Shown: positions 1 to 12,484 of the stretch, in pieces
Layout of the letters: each line of letters opens with the position of its first letter
Position numbering within the stretch: the first letter of the stretch is position 1
NCBI RefSeq assembly: GCF_006345805.1
Contig: NC_043008.1
Location: 38,502,001 to 38,566,000, forward strand
Reading direction: 5' to 3'
Length of the DNA stretch: 64,000 bases
DNA from: Octopus sinensis
Taxonomy: Eukaryota
Notes under the pieces: model-generated
The model's database searches: none
The model's input: the letters and a program-made list of their open reading frames with translations, nothing else
What the model was told of the DNA's origin: nothing
Program-made: the position numbers and the translations under genes

Positions 1-77
1 CCTGGGGTCGATTTGCTCGACTAAAGGCGGTGCTCCGGCATGGCCGCAGTCATATGACTAAAACAAGTAAAAGAGTA
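1..77 (+). mobile_element. 3' end of SINE family A
   Basis: Matches 3' part of the copy at 529-947 (GGGGTCGATTTGCTCGACTAAAGGCGGTGCTCC...AAACAAGTAAAAGAGTA). Confidence 0.85.
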
Positions 78-528
78 TATATAAGCAATATATGTAAGTG
101 CATTTAGTTTTAGAAGAGTGGTAATTCAGTGCTTGAGTAGATATATTGAAGAATCACGCAATCTCTATTTGGAAGAGTATAATTTAAATTGTAGCAACTA
201 GAAACCTTTGCTTTCACACCATTTTCTCATTTAGGTGTTGACATCTAATATATATTGCTTCATATGCACAATTTCGAACATATGCACAATTAGAAAATGG
301 TGATGATGATGACGACGATGACGACAATGTTGCTGATGATGATGACAACGAGGATGGCAACGGCAATGATGATGATGGGGATAATTAAAGAAAGACTGAA
401 GGACTAACACAAATAAATAAAGAAAGAAAGAAGGAAAGAAAAGAAAGGACACTTCACTGTATATAAATCTGTAAGTTCTGCCTGTATATGAAAAATATTA
501 TCCATCACACCGTTAATAATTTTACATT

Positions 529-947
529 GGCGTAGGTGTGGCTGTGTGGTCAGTAGCTTGCTTATGAACCACATTGTTCTGGGTTCAGTACCACTGCATG
601 GCACCTAGGGCAAGTGTCTTCTACTAAAGCTTTGGGCCAACCAAAGCCTTGTGAGTGGATTTGGTAGATGGAAACTGAAAGAAGCCCGTCATATATATGT
701 ATATATGTGTGTGTATGTGTGACTGTGTCTGTGTTTGTCCCCCATCCCCACTCCAACATCGCTTGACAACCAATGCTGGTGTGTTTACGTCTTCGTAACT
801 TAGCAGTTTGGCAAAAGAGAACCGATAGAATAAGTACTAGGCTTACAAAGAATAATTCTTGGCGTCGATTTGCTCGGCTAAAGGCGGTGCTCCAGCATGG
901 CAACAGTCACATGACTGAAACAAGTAAAAGAGTAAAAGACTAAAAGA
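529..947 (+). mobile_element. Full-length tRNA-derived SINE family A with internal (TA/TG)n microsatellite
   Basis: A-box-like TGGCTGTGTGG and B-box-like GGTTCAGTACC head, internal TA/TG tract, (AGTAAAAG)n tail; more than 8 homologous copies in window. Confidence 0.9.
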
Positions 948-2324
948 TAATATGTAATGCAAAACAATATGTATTGTATGTGTGTTGTGCATCTGGATAT
1001 AAGACTGTTGGGGGGGGGGTCAGATCTTAGTGAGTCACTCTTGCTATTTTGGTTTCCATTCCCGTTTGCAACTCTTTCATTTCACTAGCATCTGTAATTA
1101 TAGCAATGCCACAGCTTTAAGACACATTATTTTCAGGAGGAATTATATTTCTTTTGCTCAAAATTGAAATATACTACTGATCAGATTCTACCTCTATAGA
1201 TGCTGGAGGAGGCGGAAGAGGAAGAGGTGGTGGTGGTGGTGGTGCAGAGACAGGGAAGTGGCTGGTACAAAGCTGTCAGAATGACTCTTTGGAATATGCA
1301 ATATTTGTTTCTAAGTATTAACAAATATACGTAGATCTGAGTTTGATTAATTTAAGTACAAATATGATATATTTATTATAACCACTCCAGGCATATCTCC
1401 AGTCTGAACTACTCCTACCAATTCCTGCTTCTTCCATGATACAAATAGAGTCTAAAACACTAAAACACTGTTTAATAAATCATGCATTTCTCTCCAAAAG
1501 CAAAACTACATCCAATCTAGTTTAAGCAGAATATTGAATTGCTTACATATTGATCTAAAAACTGGAGTCTTTGGATAAACAATTTTGTCAGTGACCTAAG
1601 GGTGACACCTATCTCAAAGACTTTAGAGAACTAATAGCTTTATCGTGTAAAGAATTAATGAAATAGAAGAAAAAGTATTTATAATATTCCCTAAAATGTA
1701 TTCTTAGTTTGCAGTTCAGTGATAATCACACACTTGTCTGTGTATTTACTGAAGCATTCCAACTTGGAATTATCTTAATGTTTTCTATTTAATAACACAC
1801 TTTGCCAAAGCCATGGTGTCAGTTCTCATTTCAAAGTAACTTACAAGATGTTCTAAGTGACATTGCATATTATAACGGGCGATGAAAAAAAGAAAAAAAA
1901 TTTTGTCCCTGTTTCATCTGTCTGCCTCTATGTTGACCTTTTAGGGAAATAGGACAGAGCTCAGCAGTTGTAAAAGGATTCTGCTATTACAGAAGCAATA
2001 TTGATCTTTTCACTGATATCAGCTGTTAAAGAACGTTCAAAACTACTGTTAAATCCCTTTAGTTAGGCACCATTTCAGACAAGATAGAAATTATGAAGAG
2101 TAATTAACAGCCCTGATAGTGCTACAGAAAGGTAAACTTAAGTCTGCCATAATAACCATGATATCAGCATTATGTTCATATTTTACTGGTATCAAACCTA
2201 TTGCTTTTTGCCTTTAGATACTTTAAATTTGTTTGTTTTAGGTTTGTTTTTCTATACTAGCATGGGTTACAGGAATAAATATTATTTGGCCTTTGTTTAA
2301 AAAAAATTAAAACACAATTTTATC

Positions 2325-2560
2325 GTGGTCATTGCCAGTACTGTCTGACTGGCCCTCATTCCAGTGGCATGTAAAAGCACCCACTACACTCTCGGAGTGG
2401 TTGGCGTTAAGAAGGGCATCCAGCTGTAGAAATTCTACCAGATCAAGATTGGAGCCTGGTGCAGCCATCTGGTTTGCCAGTCCTCAGTCAAATCGTCCAA
2501 CCCATGCTAGCAGGGAAAGCGGACGTTAAACGATGATGATGATGATGATGATGATGATGA
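2325..2560 (+). mobile_element. Retroposon family B 3' part with (GAT)n tail
   Basis: GTAAAAGCACCCACTACACTCTCGGAGTGGTTGGCGTTA.GAAGGGCATCCAGCTGTAG...GGACGTTAAAC(GAT)n; homologues at 11060, 12485 and 48176. Confidence 0.85.
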
Positions 2561-3584
2561 CCCCCTTTCTATTACCGACTCTTAACTGTTTTTCTATTAT
2601 GGGTAACTTTATTCCACTTGTCTTATAAATTGCAGACTTTGAGAGCAATTTTGTTGACATTCCCAGTCAACAAATTCATGCACACACACACACATGTAAT
2701 AGACTTACACACAGTTTCTGACTTCCAGAGTTATCCACGAGGCACTGCATTGGTCAGTCTTACATTACAGAAGATACCCGTCCAGGGGTCCATACAGTGA
2801 AATAGAACTTCAGACTATGCATTGACAAAAGGAAAATATTAAACAAATCTATTGTATTCTTTTTTTTCAAATTAAATTTCGTAGCTGATAAAACTAAATT
2901 GTTTTCCTAAAATGAAGTCCAAACAAGAAGGAAATGCTTCAATTGAATAGAAAACATTTTAAAATCTGAAATTGGAATTCAACCTTCAATTAAAATTTAA
3001 TAACAAAAATAACTAAAACCAGTTTTGAAATGATAGAAGGGAAAAAAGAAATCTCAATCTTTATTGAATTTAACTTCAAGGTTGAAAAAAAAATTCAATT
3101 ACAGATATTCCCCTAGCCTATTACAGTTTATAAAAACACCTTAACTATATTGATTTTGGATTTTTCTAACTAGAAGGGGAAAAAAATAAGAAAGAAAACT
3201 GCTGAAAGAGAAAAATTATCTAATCAAACTACCCATTTGTGATGTAGAGTCTACAAAACAAATAGTTTCAAATAATCTTTTCTACCTTAATAGTAAAACT
3301 GATGGATGATTCTGGTGAGAGAACAATTTAAAGTGTTATTTATTTACTGTTGTCTGTAACTGCTAACTCTGTCTAAGTGTATAGGTATTGGCTTTTTTCC
3401 AAGTGTTGCACAGTATGCCAGTATTTTACAGTTGGATGCTCTTCCAGCTGCCAACCCTTTATATTTCAGCTTGCCTCTTGTGACACCCTAGAATGAGATA
3501 TACCTGCTGGAACAGACATTCTCCAAACCTGGAACTAGTTACATTGAATTGTGCTGAATTGTGCTGAATTGTGGAATCCTGAAG

Positions 3585-3782
3585 TTTGACCTTCTAGAAA
3601 TAACAAGCAATATCCTCAAATCACAAGCTATTCTCTCAAAAGAAGTAAGGCAAATCTAGAATAATGTAGTCCCAGAATGACTATACCTTTAAAAAATGTG
3701 GAATTATCATGGTTTGAACACTTGATCATAAGTTTACTCTAGCAGATTTAACTTGGAATTAACAATAACAGCAACAACAACA
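3585..3782 (+). repeat. Old interspersed repeat family F ending in (AAC)n
   Basis: Diverged similarity to 9710-10540, 34825-35000 (+) and 16525-16690, 36085-36310 (-). Confidence 0.55.
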
Positions 3783-4309
3783 GGTAATCCAACCAAAGAC
3801 TTCTGCTAAGCTGAATTTGGTTGCTGGAATAAATTCTTGCAGACATGCTGATAAATGTAAGAATTTAAGAATGTTTTATCCCATTCTGGATGGTCCACAC
3901 ATAGGCTTTTCAAAGTCTGAAACATTCTTATAAACCTGCTCAAAATAGATTTTTGTAAATACTACACATTGAGGGATTACACAAGGAAAATTGTGCCACA
4001 CATATTTAGCAGCAAGATTAGAGACTAACAGACAACTGAAGTGAAGCCAAGTTGAACCAACTCTGTTTGCAGATGCAGCAGTTTGTTGTAGCATTAACGG
4101 TGGAAGCAGAGTGTTTCATGCTTGACCTCTTATGGCAACAAGCAATTATTTTCTTGGATTAACTCTCACTAAACTTAAATATGTCTTCAGAAATAAAAGT
4201 TAACATTAGTCAAAGTATGGAAATAAATATATATATAATCAAATAAAGGGCAAAAAAAAAACAAAAACAAAGAAAACAACAAAATCAAAAACAAAACAAA
4301 AAAGAGAAG

Positions 4310-4332
4310 TAGTAGTAATAGTAGTTGTAGTA

Positions 4333-4400
<68 letters not shown>
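4310..4400. repeat. (TAG)n/(AAT)n microsatellite
   Basis: Direct reading. Confidence 0.95.
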
Positions 4401-4403
<3 letters not shown>

Positions 4404-4679
4404 CAATGACAAAACAATGATAACAGTAATATTGGTAGAATGAAGAACTGCAAACTCTTAATATTTTCATCTGTTAAATCATAAATCAAGGAAATGCTGC
4501 AATGTTGAAATATGACAACTTCTTCATTTCTCGAAGAATTGAAAGAAAAACCACAAAAACCAATTTCTTTATTCCTCTCCTACTAAATTAAAGATTATAA
4601 AAGAATATTGATTTCAATTCCAAAATTTAATAAACTAAACCATCTGTGTGTATATCCATAGGTATATATATATATCCAT

Positions 4680-4737
<58 letters not shown>

Positions 4738-5187
4738 GAGTGTGCATTTGTGTGTGTATATGCATATGTGTATGTTTATATCCATGTGTGTCTGTATGTA
4801 TGTATCAAAATATAAATGCACATAGACACAAATCAATACCATTACTTGTTTCATTTTATACTAAATAAAGAAATGAATTTAGTTACTTTTTTCATTTATT
4901 TAGAAAACAGATTATTCTATTGTATTAAAACAGCAGATTAAAAGTTTAAAGTATTCATTTCACTGAAAATTAAATACTATACTTAGACAAAAGCATAAAC
5001 AAGCATTATACCAACTTTTTCATACAAACACATACACAAACATAAACACACACACACATATCCAGATATATCCAGACTTTTGCACACATACAATCACCAA
5101 TATAAACATGTATACATACAAAATCATTTCTAGAAGATATAAGATATTTTTAACGGTATTTTGCTGATTAGACAAATTTTGTCTCTT

Positions 5188-5415
5188 TCCCTTTTAAAAT
5201 GAACTTGCTTGAAACTGCTCCTGGCTCTATAATACAAACTTCAGGTTTCAAAGTGATCTAAATTTAAAACTATCCATCAAAATTTCATACTAATTTATTG
5301 TTCCAAACACCAGTTTAATGATGACAAAGTTATTTCACTAAATTCTTCAGTATTTCCAAAATTAACCAAAACAAAAGTCGCGTACTTCAACAGACATTTG
5401 GTTACAAACAAGTTA
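5188..5415 (+). mobile_element. Degenerate piggyBac-like MITE, family 2
   Basis: Colinear diverged homologue of 42660-42881. Confidence 0.6.
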
Positions 5416-5618
5416 TTCTCCTTTCAATAGAAATTACATGATGATGACAGTGGTGTTGGTGGTCATGATGATGAGAATGATGATGATTTTAACACAAGAC
5501 TTGTAACTTTGACAGGAGTGATGAAAAACAAAGTTGACTGTAGCAGGATTTGAACTCGGAATGTAAGGATTCAGAATAAATCATGTAAAGCAATTTGTCA
5601 GATCCCTCAGATGATATA

Positions 5619-6023
5619 GCTTTATATATAAAGCTAAAGTTGTCTGTGTGTGTGTGTGGCAGGTTTGGTAGCCTTCAACTAACACTATCTCCTCCGAGAC
5701 CCTGTGGCGCAAGTTGACCAAAATTCAGAGTATGTTAGAAGAAGGCTTGCTCTTCATTCTGTAGAAGATAAAATTCAAATCGGACCATATTAACAACAAA
5801 AATTATTTACATCAAAAAGGTGCTTTTTTTCTATGAAAATCCCTATTTTTTTAACGATTTTTTTTACTCCTGTGTCGCCATTTTACGGTGTGTTTCAACC
5901 AGAAAAATGTTCACTTAAAGAGAATAACAAGCTACATAATGCAAAATTTTGACTTTTCAAAAATTCCGATTCAAAAGGATCAATAAGAAAACAAACCCGA
6001 GCAACGCCGAGCTATACTGCTAG
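5619..6023 (+). mobile_element. Non-autonomous Helitron
   Basis: 5' CTTTATATATAAAG then (TG)n; 3' GC-rich imperfect hairpin CCCGAGCAACGCCGAG, then CTAG followed by T; no TSD. Confidence 0.75.
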
Positions 6024-6696
6024 TATATATATATGAGGGTATTTTGCAAAAGTTTTGTAGTTTATTATTCCTTTGAGAAGGATCCCAAATTGTTGTTTTA
6101 TTTACTGTAATATCTTTAGTTATGTTGCGTTCAACACTCTTGAAACGTCTGTGTGAGTAAGAAAGTATGTGTGTGCATGTGTTCATGTGTGTGTGTGTGT
6201 GTTAGTGAGCATGCTGTTTATATGTGTGTGAGTGAGTGTTTATAAGTCAATGGTTGAGTCATATGTTTAAGAATAGCTGCTGTTAATACTATTCTTAATG
6301 CATTTGAATGAAAGCATCCACCAGTTTGTTGTATGAAATTCTGAGAGCTGACAATTACTTTGTATATATTAGTGGATAGACAGAGAGAGAGTCTTGTGTG
6401 CAGATCATATATCAATGAAAATATACACAAAAGATGATTGTTCTAGGTGGTGAGAGAATCATAGTAAAATTAAAAGGGCCTTGTTGTGCTTTTCTGCTGC
6501 TAAGTCGAGGCAGTCGGATTTGTTGAAGCAAGTGAGTGGCATAGAAATAACCAAAGGAAATTCCAGTGGCATTTCAACTTTGGCTAAATTGCATTTAATG
6601 GAGGTATGCTTGTTCTATAATGTAGAATTGAAACAGTTTAAAGTCACCAGAAAATTTACACATGCACACACACATGTTCATGTATATACATGTGTA

Positions 6697-6738
<42 letters not shown>

Positions 6739-6959
6739 CATATGTGTGTGTGTATATATATGCATGCAGATATTTGAATATATATATATGCATACACTTC
6801 TGTTTATATTTATGTATATATATATATATACACACACATATATAAGCATACACATATATATATACATATATATATGAATATATCTATATCTATCAATATA
6901 TATATATATATAACTAATAATAATAATTAAAATAATAATAATAATAATAATAATAATAA

Positions 6960-7447
6960 TTAGCAATTTGTCTTGGTATAAAAGATAGGCTACAGCAAAT
7001 ACTCTGCTCAGTACTATAGATTTGCTTTTCAGTTTGACCTTAACCAGTTGAGCATGTCCCTTGGTAGCTGACGATATGTGCATCTCTAATCATGAGCAGA
7101 AGTATTGGGGGAACATCATAGCCATGTGCTGAGAGGAATTCTTTGGAGTTTGGGTAATTCACCTTTGGAAACATGGGTGTTTCATTCAACATCCTTAAAT
7201 AATCCTTATTCAAGGACCATTTCAGTGAGATGGGCTACTGAACCTGAAAAAAAATTCTAACCGAGCCCCCACCCTGCAATGTCATGCGCTGTTTATCTTG
7301 ATATGAGATCACCATGTTGTGCACATATGGTCATGATGCATGTGCCGGGTGTATCCTTATCAGACAGGTAGTTACGATAGGTATACTGGGCTTCGCATAT
7401 TTTACCCCAGTGTCACTTTGATGGCATACATTGCTCTCTCACTCAAT
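6960..7447. repeat. Probable interspersed repeat abutting (AAT)n, class unknown
   Basis: Higher-GC block starting sharply at an (AAT)n tract; single copy in window, recognised only from memory of octopus repeats. Confidence 0.35.
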
Positions 7448-8144
7448 GTTGTATAGTGAGACTGTACACTTCTAGTAAAAAGTGGTAGGAGTCAGCCATT
7501 ATAAATAGACCAGTAACCGGTCAACAGAGGAAGGTTGGAAAGGCCAGAATTTTGACAGTACGTGTTAGACCATGTGTTGATAGTCGTTAGGCTGTGTGTT
7601 GATGAATACTTTAGTCACATTAGTCCTTCTCTAGCTGAAATATCTCCACTATGCTCACCACAACTACATCTATATTTCACAAACTGACAGTTTGTTTTTT
7701 ATTCATCCTCTCAACAACTTGTGATATTTACCATTGGCTTAATAATTTCATCTGCCATAATAGTTCACATCCACTATTCTCCATTCCATGTATACATCCA
7801 TATGTGTACTCATTCTTTATTGAGGAATATTTAGCTCCCACCACTGCAGGACTACGTAGAATCTCTTTTTTAATATGTATATAGGAAACTATGATGAAGA
7901 GACAGGTTGCATTTTGCTAAAATTCCATTATATTCTATTATAACTTTAGCATGGAGTCAGAGATGTGAGTTGCTATGTGATTCTAGTAATGGACAAAGCT
8001 TGTCTTGAACACCAATTTTTGTTGCAGAATATTGAACACAAGGACTAACTTTACATATTGAGTAAAATTCATTTTTGGGGTTTTTGTATAAAAATAAGGG
8101 CAAACTACCCATGCAATGAAGAAAAGAAGATTATGTCTAGGGAC

Positions 8145-8480
8145 AGACATGGCTATTCTGTAAGATTTTAGCTTCTCAACCGCATGGTCCCAGGTTCAGT
8201 TCCACTGCATGACAGCCCCAGCTGACCAAAGCCTTGCGTGTGGTTTGGGGGGATGGAAACTGAAAGAAGCCCATCATATATATATATATTTATATGTATG
8301 TATGTGTTGGTTGGTGTTGGCTTGTATACATCCCCATAACTTAGCAGTTCAGCACAAGAGACTGATAGAAAACGTTCTAGGTTTTAATAAGATGGGTACT
8401 GGCATCGATATGTTTGACTAAACCCTTCAAGACTATGCCCCGACTTGGCTACATTCCAAATACTGAAACAAGGAAAAGAT
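8145..8480 (+). mobile_element. Degenerate SINE family A
   Basis: GACCAAAGCCTTG...GGAAACTGAAAGAAGCCC, internal TA tract, CTGAAACAAG tail. Confidence 0.75.
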
Positions 8481-9114
8481 GTGAGATGAACCTAAGTGCA
8501 AAGATTAACTAATCAACAGATTTCCATTTTGTGGGTCAGCTTAAGTCTTAAATGACGGATTCTACTCAATGTAGCATATCAATGTGTTCATGAAGTAACC
8601 TTTCTCTATATTCAAATGCTCCATGAATACAAAATGGAATCCAAGAATATTTATAACCATGTATGATGATATTTGCAGAATATGCACTCCCCACAAAATA
8701 GTTGAGGTTTTTTTTTTTTTCTTTGCTTCTTTACCATTTTTTTTACATTTTATATCAAATATGTCATTCAAATATGTTTGATCGTAAAAATTATGTTCGT
8801 ATTTTTTCTTTTTTTTTTCTTTGCCTGATAATGGCAGCAACTCATGATGTGATGATATTTTCTGCAAAATTTATATATAATTTTGCTTCATCTTGTTTGC
8901 TATGCCAAATTTATGGTAGCATTGCTTTGAATCTGGTTTTAACATTTAAAAATCTTGTTTATTCTGTAATGCTTTCTACATCTAAAAGACCCAAGAAGAA
9001 AAAATAAATAAATAAATAGAATAAAATAAAATAAAATGAACCAAAATAAAAAAAAAGCAAAAGCAAAAGACTATATTATTATATAGATGAAAACTAAATT
9101 GATATGAAAATTTA

Positions 9115-9245
9115 CATCACCACCATCATCATCATAATCATCACGGTCATCATCATCATCATCACCACTGTCTCTGTCACCACTACCACCACCATCACCT
9201 CCACCCCACCACTTTGCCACCACCACCACCACCTCCATCATCATC

Positions 9246-9321
<76 letters not shown>

Positions 9322-9435
9322 CCACCAACATCGTCGTCGTCACCATCATCATCATCATCATCATCATCATCACCTTCAACATCGACGTTGTCGTCATCAC
9401 CATCACAATCATCATCGTCATCATCATCATTATTG
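9115..9435. repeat. Compound (CAT)n/(CAC)n/(CGT)n microsatellite
   Basis: Direct reading. Confidence 0.95.
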
Positions 9436-9801
9436 TCATGTTTACCATGATGGAATCTGTTTTACCAGGCAATATCATATAAGACAACAAGCATTTTGAT
9501 TGTGTGTTTTCCTACTTGCAAGGCCAATCAGTCTTATTCGTATCTCACCTAGCTATCTCTTATCAAGAATTTCATGGCCTGTTGACTACAATCATATTTC
9601 ACCATTATACCTGGGTACATACCCGATAAGCATTTTCTACTTATGGTGCATGACCTCAGCCACTTCTTCTATGCTGATCAACCTCAATGAGAGAGCATTT
9701 ATGCAGCAACTTGACCTACTAGAAATATCAACCACATCCCTCAAATTTCATCCCATCAGCTTAGAAAGGAGACATATGCGATAATGTTGTGCTAATCCTA
9801 G

Positions 9802-9999
9802 TCTATGTACAGTGGTTAGAGTGTCCTGCACTCAATCATGAGATAGTGAGTTCAATTTCCAGATCGAGCTGTGAGTTGCATTCTTGAGCAAGACACTTTA
9901 TTTCCTACATTATTTACATTTGATGGATATTTGCTTTCATCAGGTGTCTTGGGGAAATCTCCAATCTGGGTTCTCATTCCTAAGGTATTTTTTTATATA

Positions 10000-10098
<99 letters not shown>

Positions 10099-10099
10099 G

Positions 10100-10134
<35 letters not shown>

Positions 10135-10433
10135 GTTATTATTATTATTATTATCATTATTCAGGTCACTGCCTGGAATTGAACTTGGAATCTTGGGATT
10201 ATTTCCTGTTGCTCTAGTTCACTCAACTGTAGAAATGGGTTGTGATGTCACTGGTACCAAGCTGCATTGGCCTTTGCCTTTCCTTTGGATAACATCAATA
10301 GAGAGGGGAGACTGGTATGCATAGGCACCTGCTGGTCTCTCATAGACAACCTTGCCCAGACTTGTGCCTCAGAGGGTAACTTTCTAGGTGCAATCTCATG
10401 GTCATTCATGACCAAAGATAATATTTACTCTTT
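9802..10433 (+). mobile_element. SINE family C (interrupted at 9907-10198), 9-bp TSD TAATCCTAG
   Basis: AGTGGTTAG and GAGTTCAATTTCC boxes, CTTGAGCAAGACACTTTATTTC core; TSD at 9793-9801 and 10434-10442. Confidence 0.75.
9907..10198 (-). mobile_element. 5'-truncated retroposon with B-box, (AAT)n core and CTGATGA motif; 9-bp TSD TTATTTCCT
   Basis: TSD at 9898-9906 and 10199-10207; removing it restores the family C core. Confidence 0.75.
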
Positions 10434-10627
10434 TAATCCTAGATTACTCTTAAAGAATATGACAGGATAGTCACAATTGGAATGCCTTCCACAATAAGTC
10501 TCTTTTATTAATATTGGTCTGGGGGTTAAAGAACAACGAATTCTGGTGACTAGACATGTTCTCATCTAACTAGCTCTCAATAATTTTCGTAATTAAATTT
10601 TGGTTAAATTGCTTGTTTTTTTCTTAA

Positions 10628-11023
10628 CAGATGGTTGTTCTATGTTCTGTCCCACTGCATGGCACCTTGGACAAGTGTCTTCCACAATATCCTTGAGTCA
10701 ACCAAAAGCCTTGGGAGTGGATTTGGTAGATGGAAACTAAGAAATATGCATGTGTGTGTGAGTGTGTGTCTGTTTCTGTGTGTGCATGTGCACGCATGTG
10801 TGTGTGTATGTGCATGCATGTGTGTGCATGCATGCATATGTGTGCGTGTGTGTGTGTCTTTATGTTTGTGCCCCACCACAGCTTGATAACCAGCATTGGT
10901 TTGTTATGTCTGTAACTTAGCAGTTTGGCATGAGAGACTGACACACTAATCACCAGGCTTATAAAGACTTTAGTTCTGTAATTGATTTGCTTGACTAAAA
11001 GTCCTTTAAAGCAGTGCTCCAGC
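10628..11023 (+). mobile_element. SINE family A with expanded (TG/CA) interior
   Basis: Colinear with 529-947. Confidence 0.85.
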
Positions 11024-11059
11024 AAAGCAACTGGCCATGCTGGGGCACTGCTTTGATTG

Positions 11060-11196
11060 GTGTCAGGAAGGGCGTCCTGATGTAGAAAACCATACCAAAT
11101 CAGACTGGTGTCTGGTGCAGCCTTCCAGCATGCCAGCCCTGATCAAACTGTCCAACCCATGCCAGCATGGACAGTGAATGTTAAATAATGATGATA

Positions 11197-11227
<31 letters not shown>

Positions 11228-11272
11228 CGACGATGATGATGATGATGATGATGACGATGATGATGATGATGA
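11060..11272 (+). mobile_element. Family B 3' fragment with long (GAT)n tail
   Basis: GGAAGGGCGTCC...CCAACCCATGCCAGCATGGA...(GAT)n. Confidence 0.8.
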
Positions 11273-11741
11273 TATACATATACACACAAGCATACAATCA
11301 CATGCATACACACACGATTCAAATACACACACATATATACATGTATACATATCAGAACTGTTTGCAGCTTGTATGACAATTGTATAATGTCGTATCTGAG
11401 AATCTGTGACTAATTTTAGTTCTGTCACTCCATATGCTATTATTTTGCCATATTTTACGTATCAAAGATGAACAAGACTGGCAAAATTATGATCAAACAT
11501 TAATGTGATTGGTGACTCATAGAAATGTGGTAAAAATGTAATATCATATAATTAAGTTGTTTTCTTTATTATTTTTTCTAAACATGTTTAATTAGATAGG
11601 AATTCTGCTCATAAAACCTTAAATAAATCCCCAAAATGTTTATATATGCAGAAGATAAGAACCAAAACCTTTTCATTTTTTAAAAGCTTATATTATCCCG
11701 CAGTGTGGAAAATGAGTATGAAAATATTTGAATGACTACAA

Positions 11742-12095
11742 TGGTGGTGGTGGTGGCAGCAGTGGTGGCGGCAGGGGTGGTGGTGGTGGTAGAGGTAGTG
11801 GCAGAGGTGGTGGTGGTGGTGGTGGTGGTGGTGGTGGTGGTGGTGATGGTGGTGGTGGTAGTTGGCGGCGGTAGCGGCGGTAGCGGCGGTAGCGGCGGTA
11901 GCGGCGGTAGCGGCGGTAGCGGCGGTAGCGGCGGTAGCGGCGGTAGCGGCGGTAGCGGCGGTAGCGGCGGTAACGGCGGTAGCGGCGGTAACGGCGGTAG
12001 CGGCGGTAGCGGCGGTGGCGGGGGTGGTGGTGGTGGTGGTGGTGGTGGTGGTGGTGGTGGTAGAGGTAGTGAGGGAGGTGGTGGTGGTGGTGAGG
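11742..12095. repeat. (GGT)n tract with embedded 9-bp (GGTAGCGGC)n minisatellite
   Basis: About 16 units at 11870-12013 flanked by (GGT)n. Confidence 0.95.
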
Positions 12096-12484
12096 TTGAA
12101 AATTGTTGTGATAGTAATGATATGGTGATGTGAAAAAGAAAAAAATATTGTATGTGTGTGTGTGTGTATGTATGTTTGTGTGTGAGTGCATGTTCTTGTT
12201 TGTGTGTGTGTAAGTATCTGAATTCATAATCAAGCCCAAGGAGTCATTCTTTGATAATACAACTGAATTATCAAAGATTAGCAAATCCTAGAATCAAGCA
12301 TTCTCAAGAGAAAGTGAGCAAAGGAAATGTTTTAGTTAGAAGAAAAAAGTTAACAGGACTCTGCTACCATTTGGTGATATTTAATATGCAGGAAAGAAGC
12401 CATGGGTAAACCCTCCATACAGTTTATCTTTTGGAAACAATGGGTTCACAAGAGATGTAATCATTGTCATGGCCTGTAACAGTG

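Noticed and set aside
529-605. SINE heads as tRNA genes (also 16065, 28540, 41160)
   Set aside because: A/B boxes present but no complete cloverleaf or poly-T terminator; they run into SINE bodies
3876-4094. 72-aa minus-strand ORF in unique DNA
   Set aside because: No recognisable motif or convincing splice sites
7600-7860. Possible very old LINE endonuclease remnant (minus strand)
   Set aside because: Too degenerate to read a motif reliably
9071-9499. Poly-His, poly-Ser and poly-Met ORFs, and the many YIYI/THTH/LSIY ORFs across the window
   Set aside because: Translations of microsatellites that lack stops in several frames; no splice or domain support
11732-12284. Gly/Ser-rich or (RRY)n protamine-like ORFs
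   Set aside because: Explained fully by (GGT)n plus a 9-bp minisatellite, open on both strands
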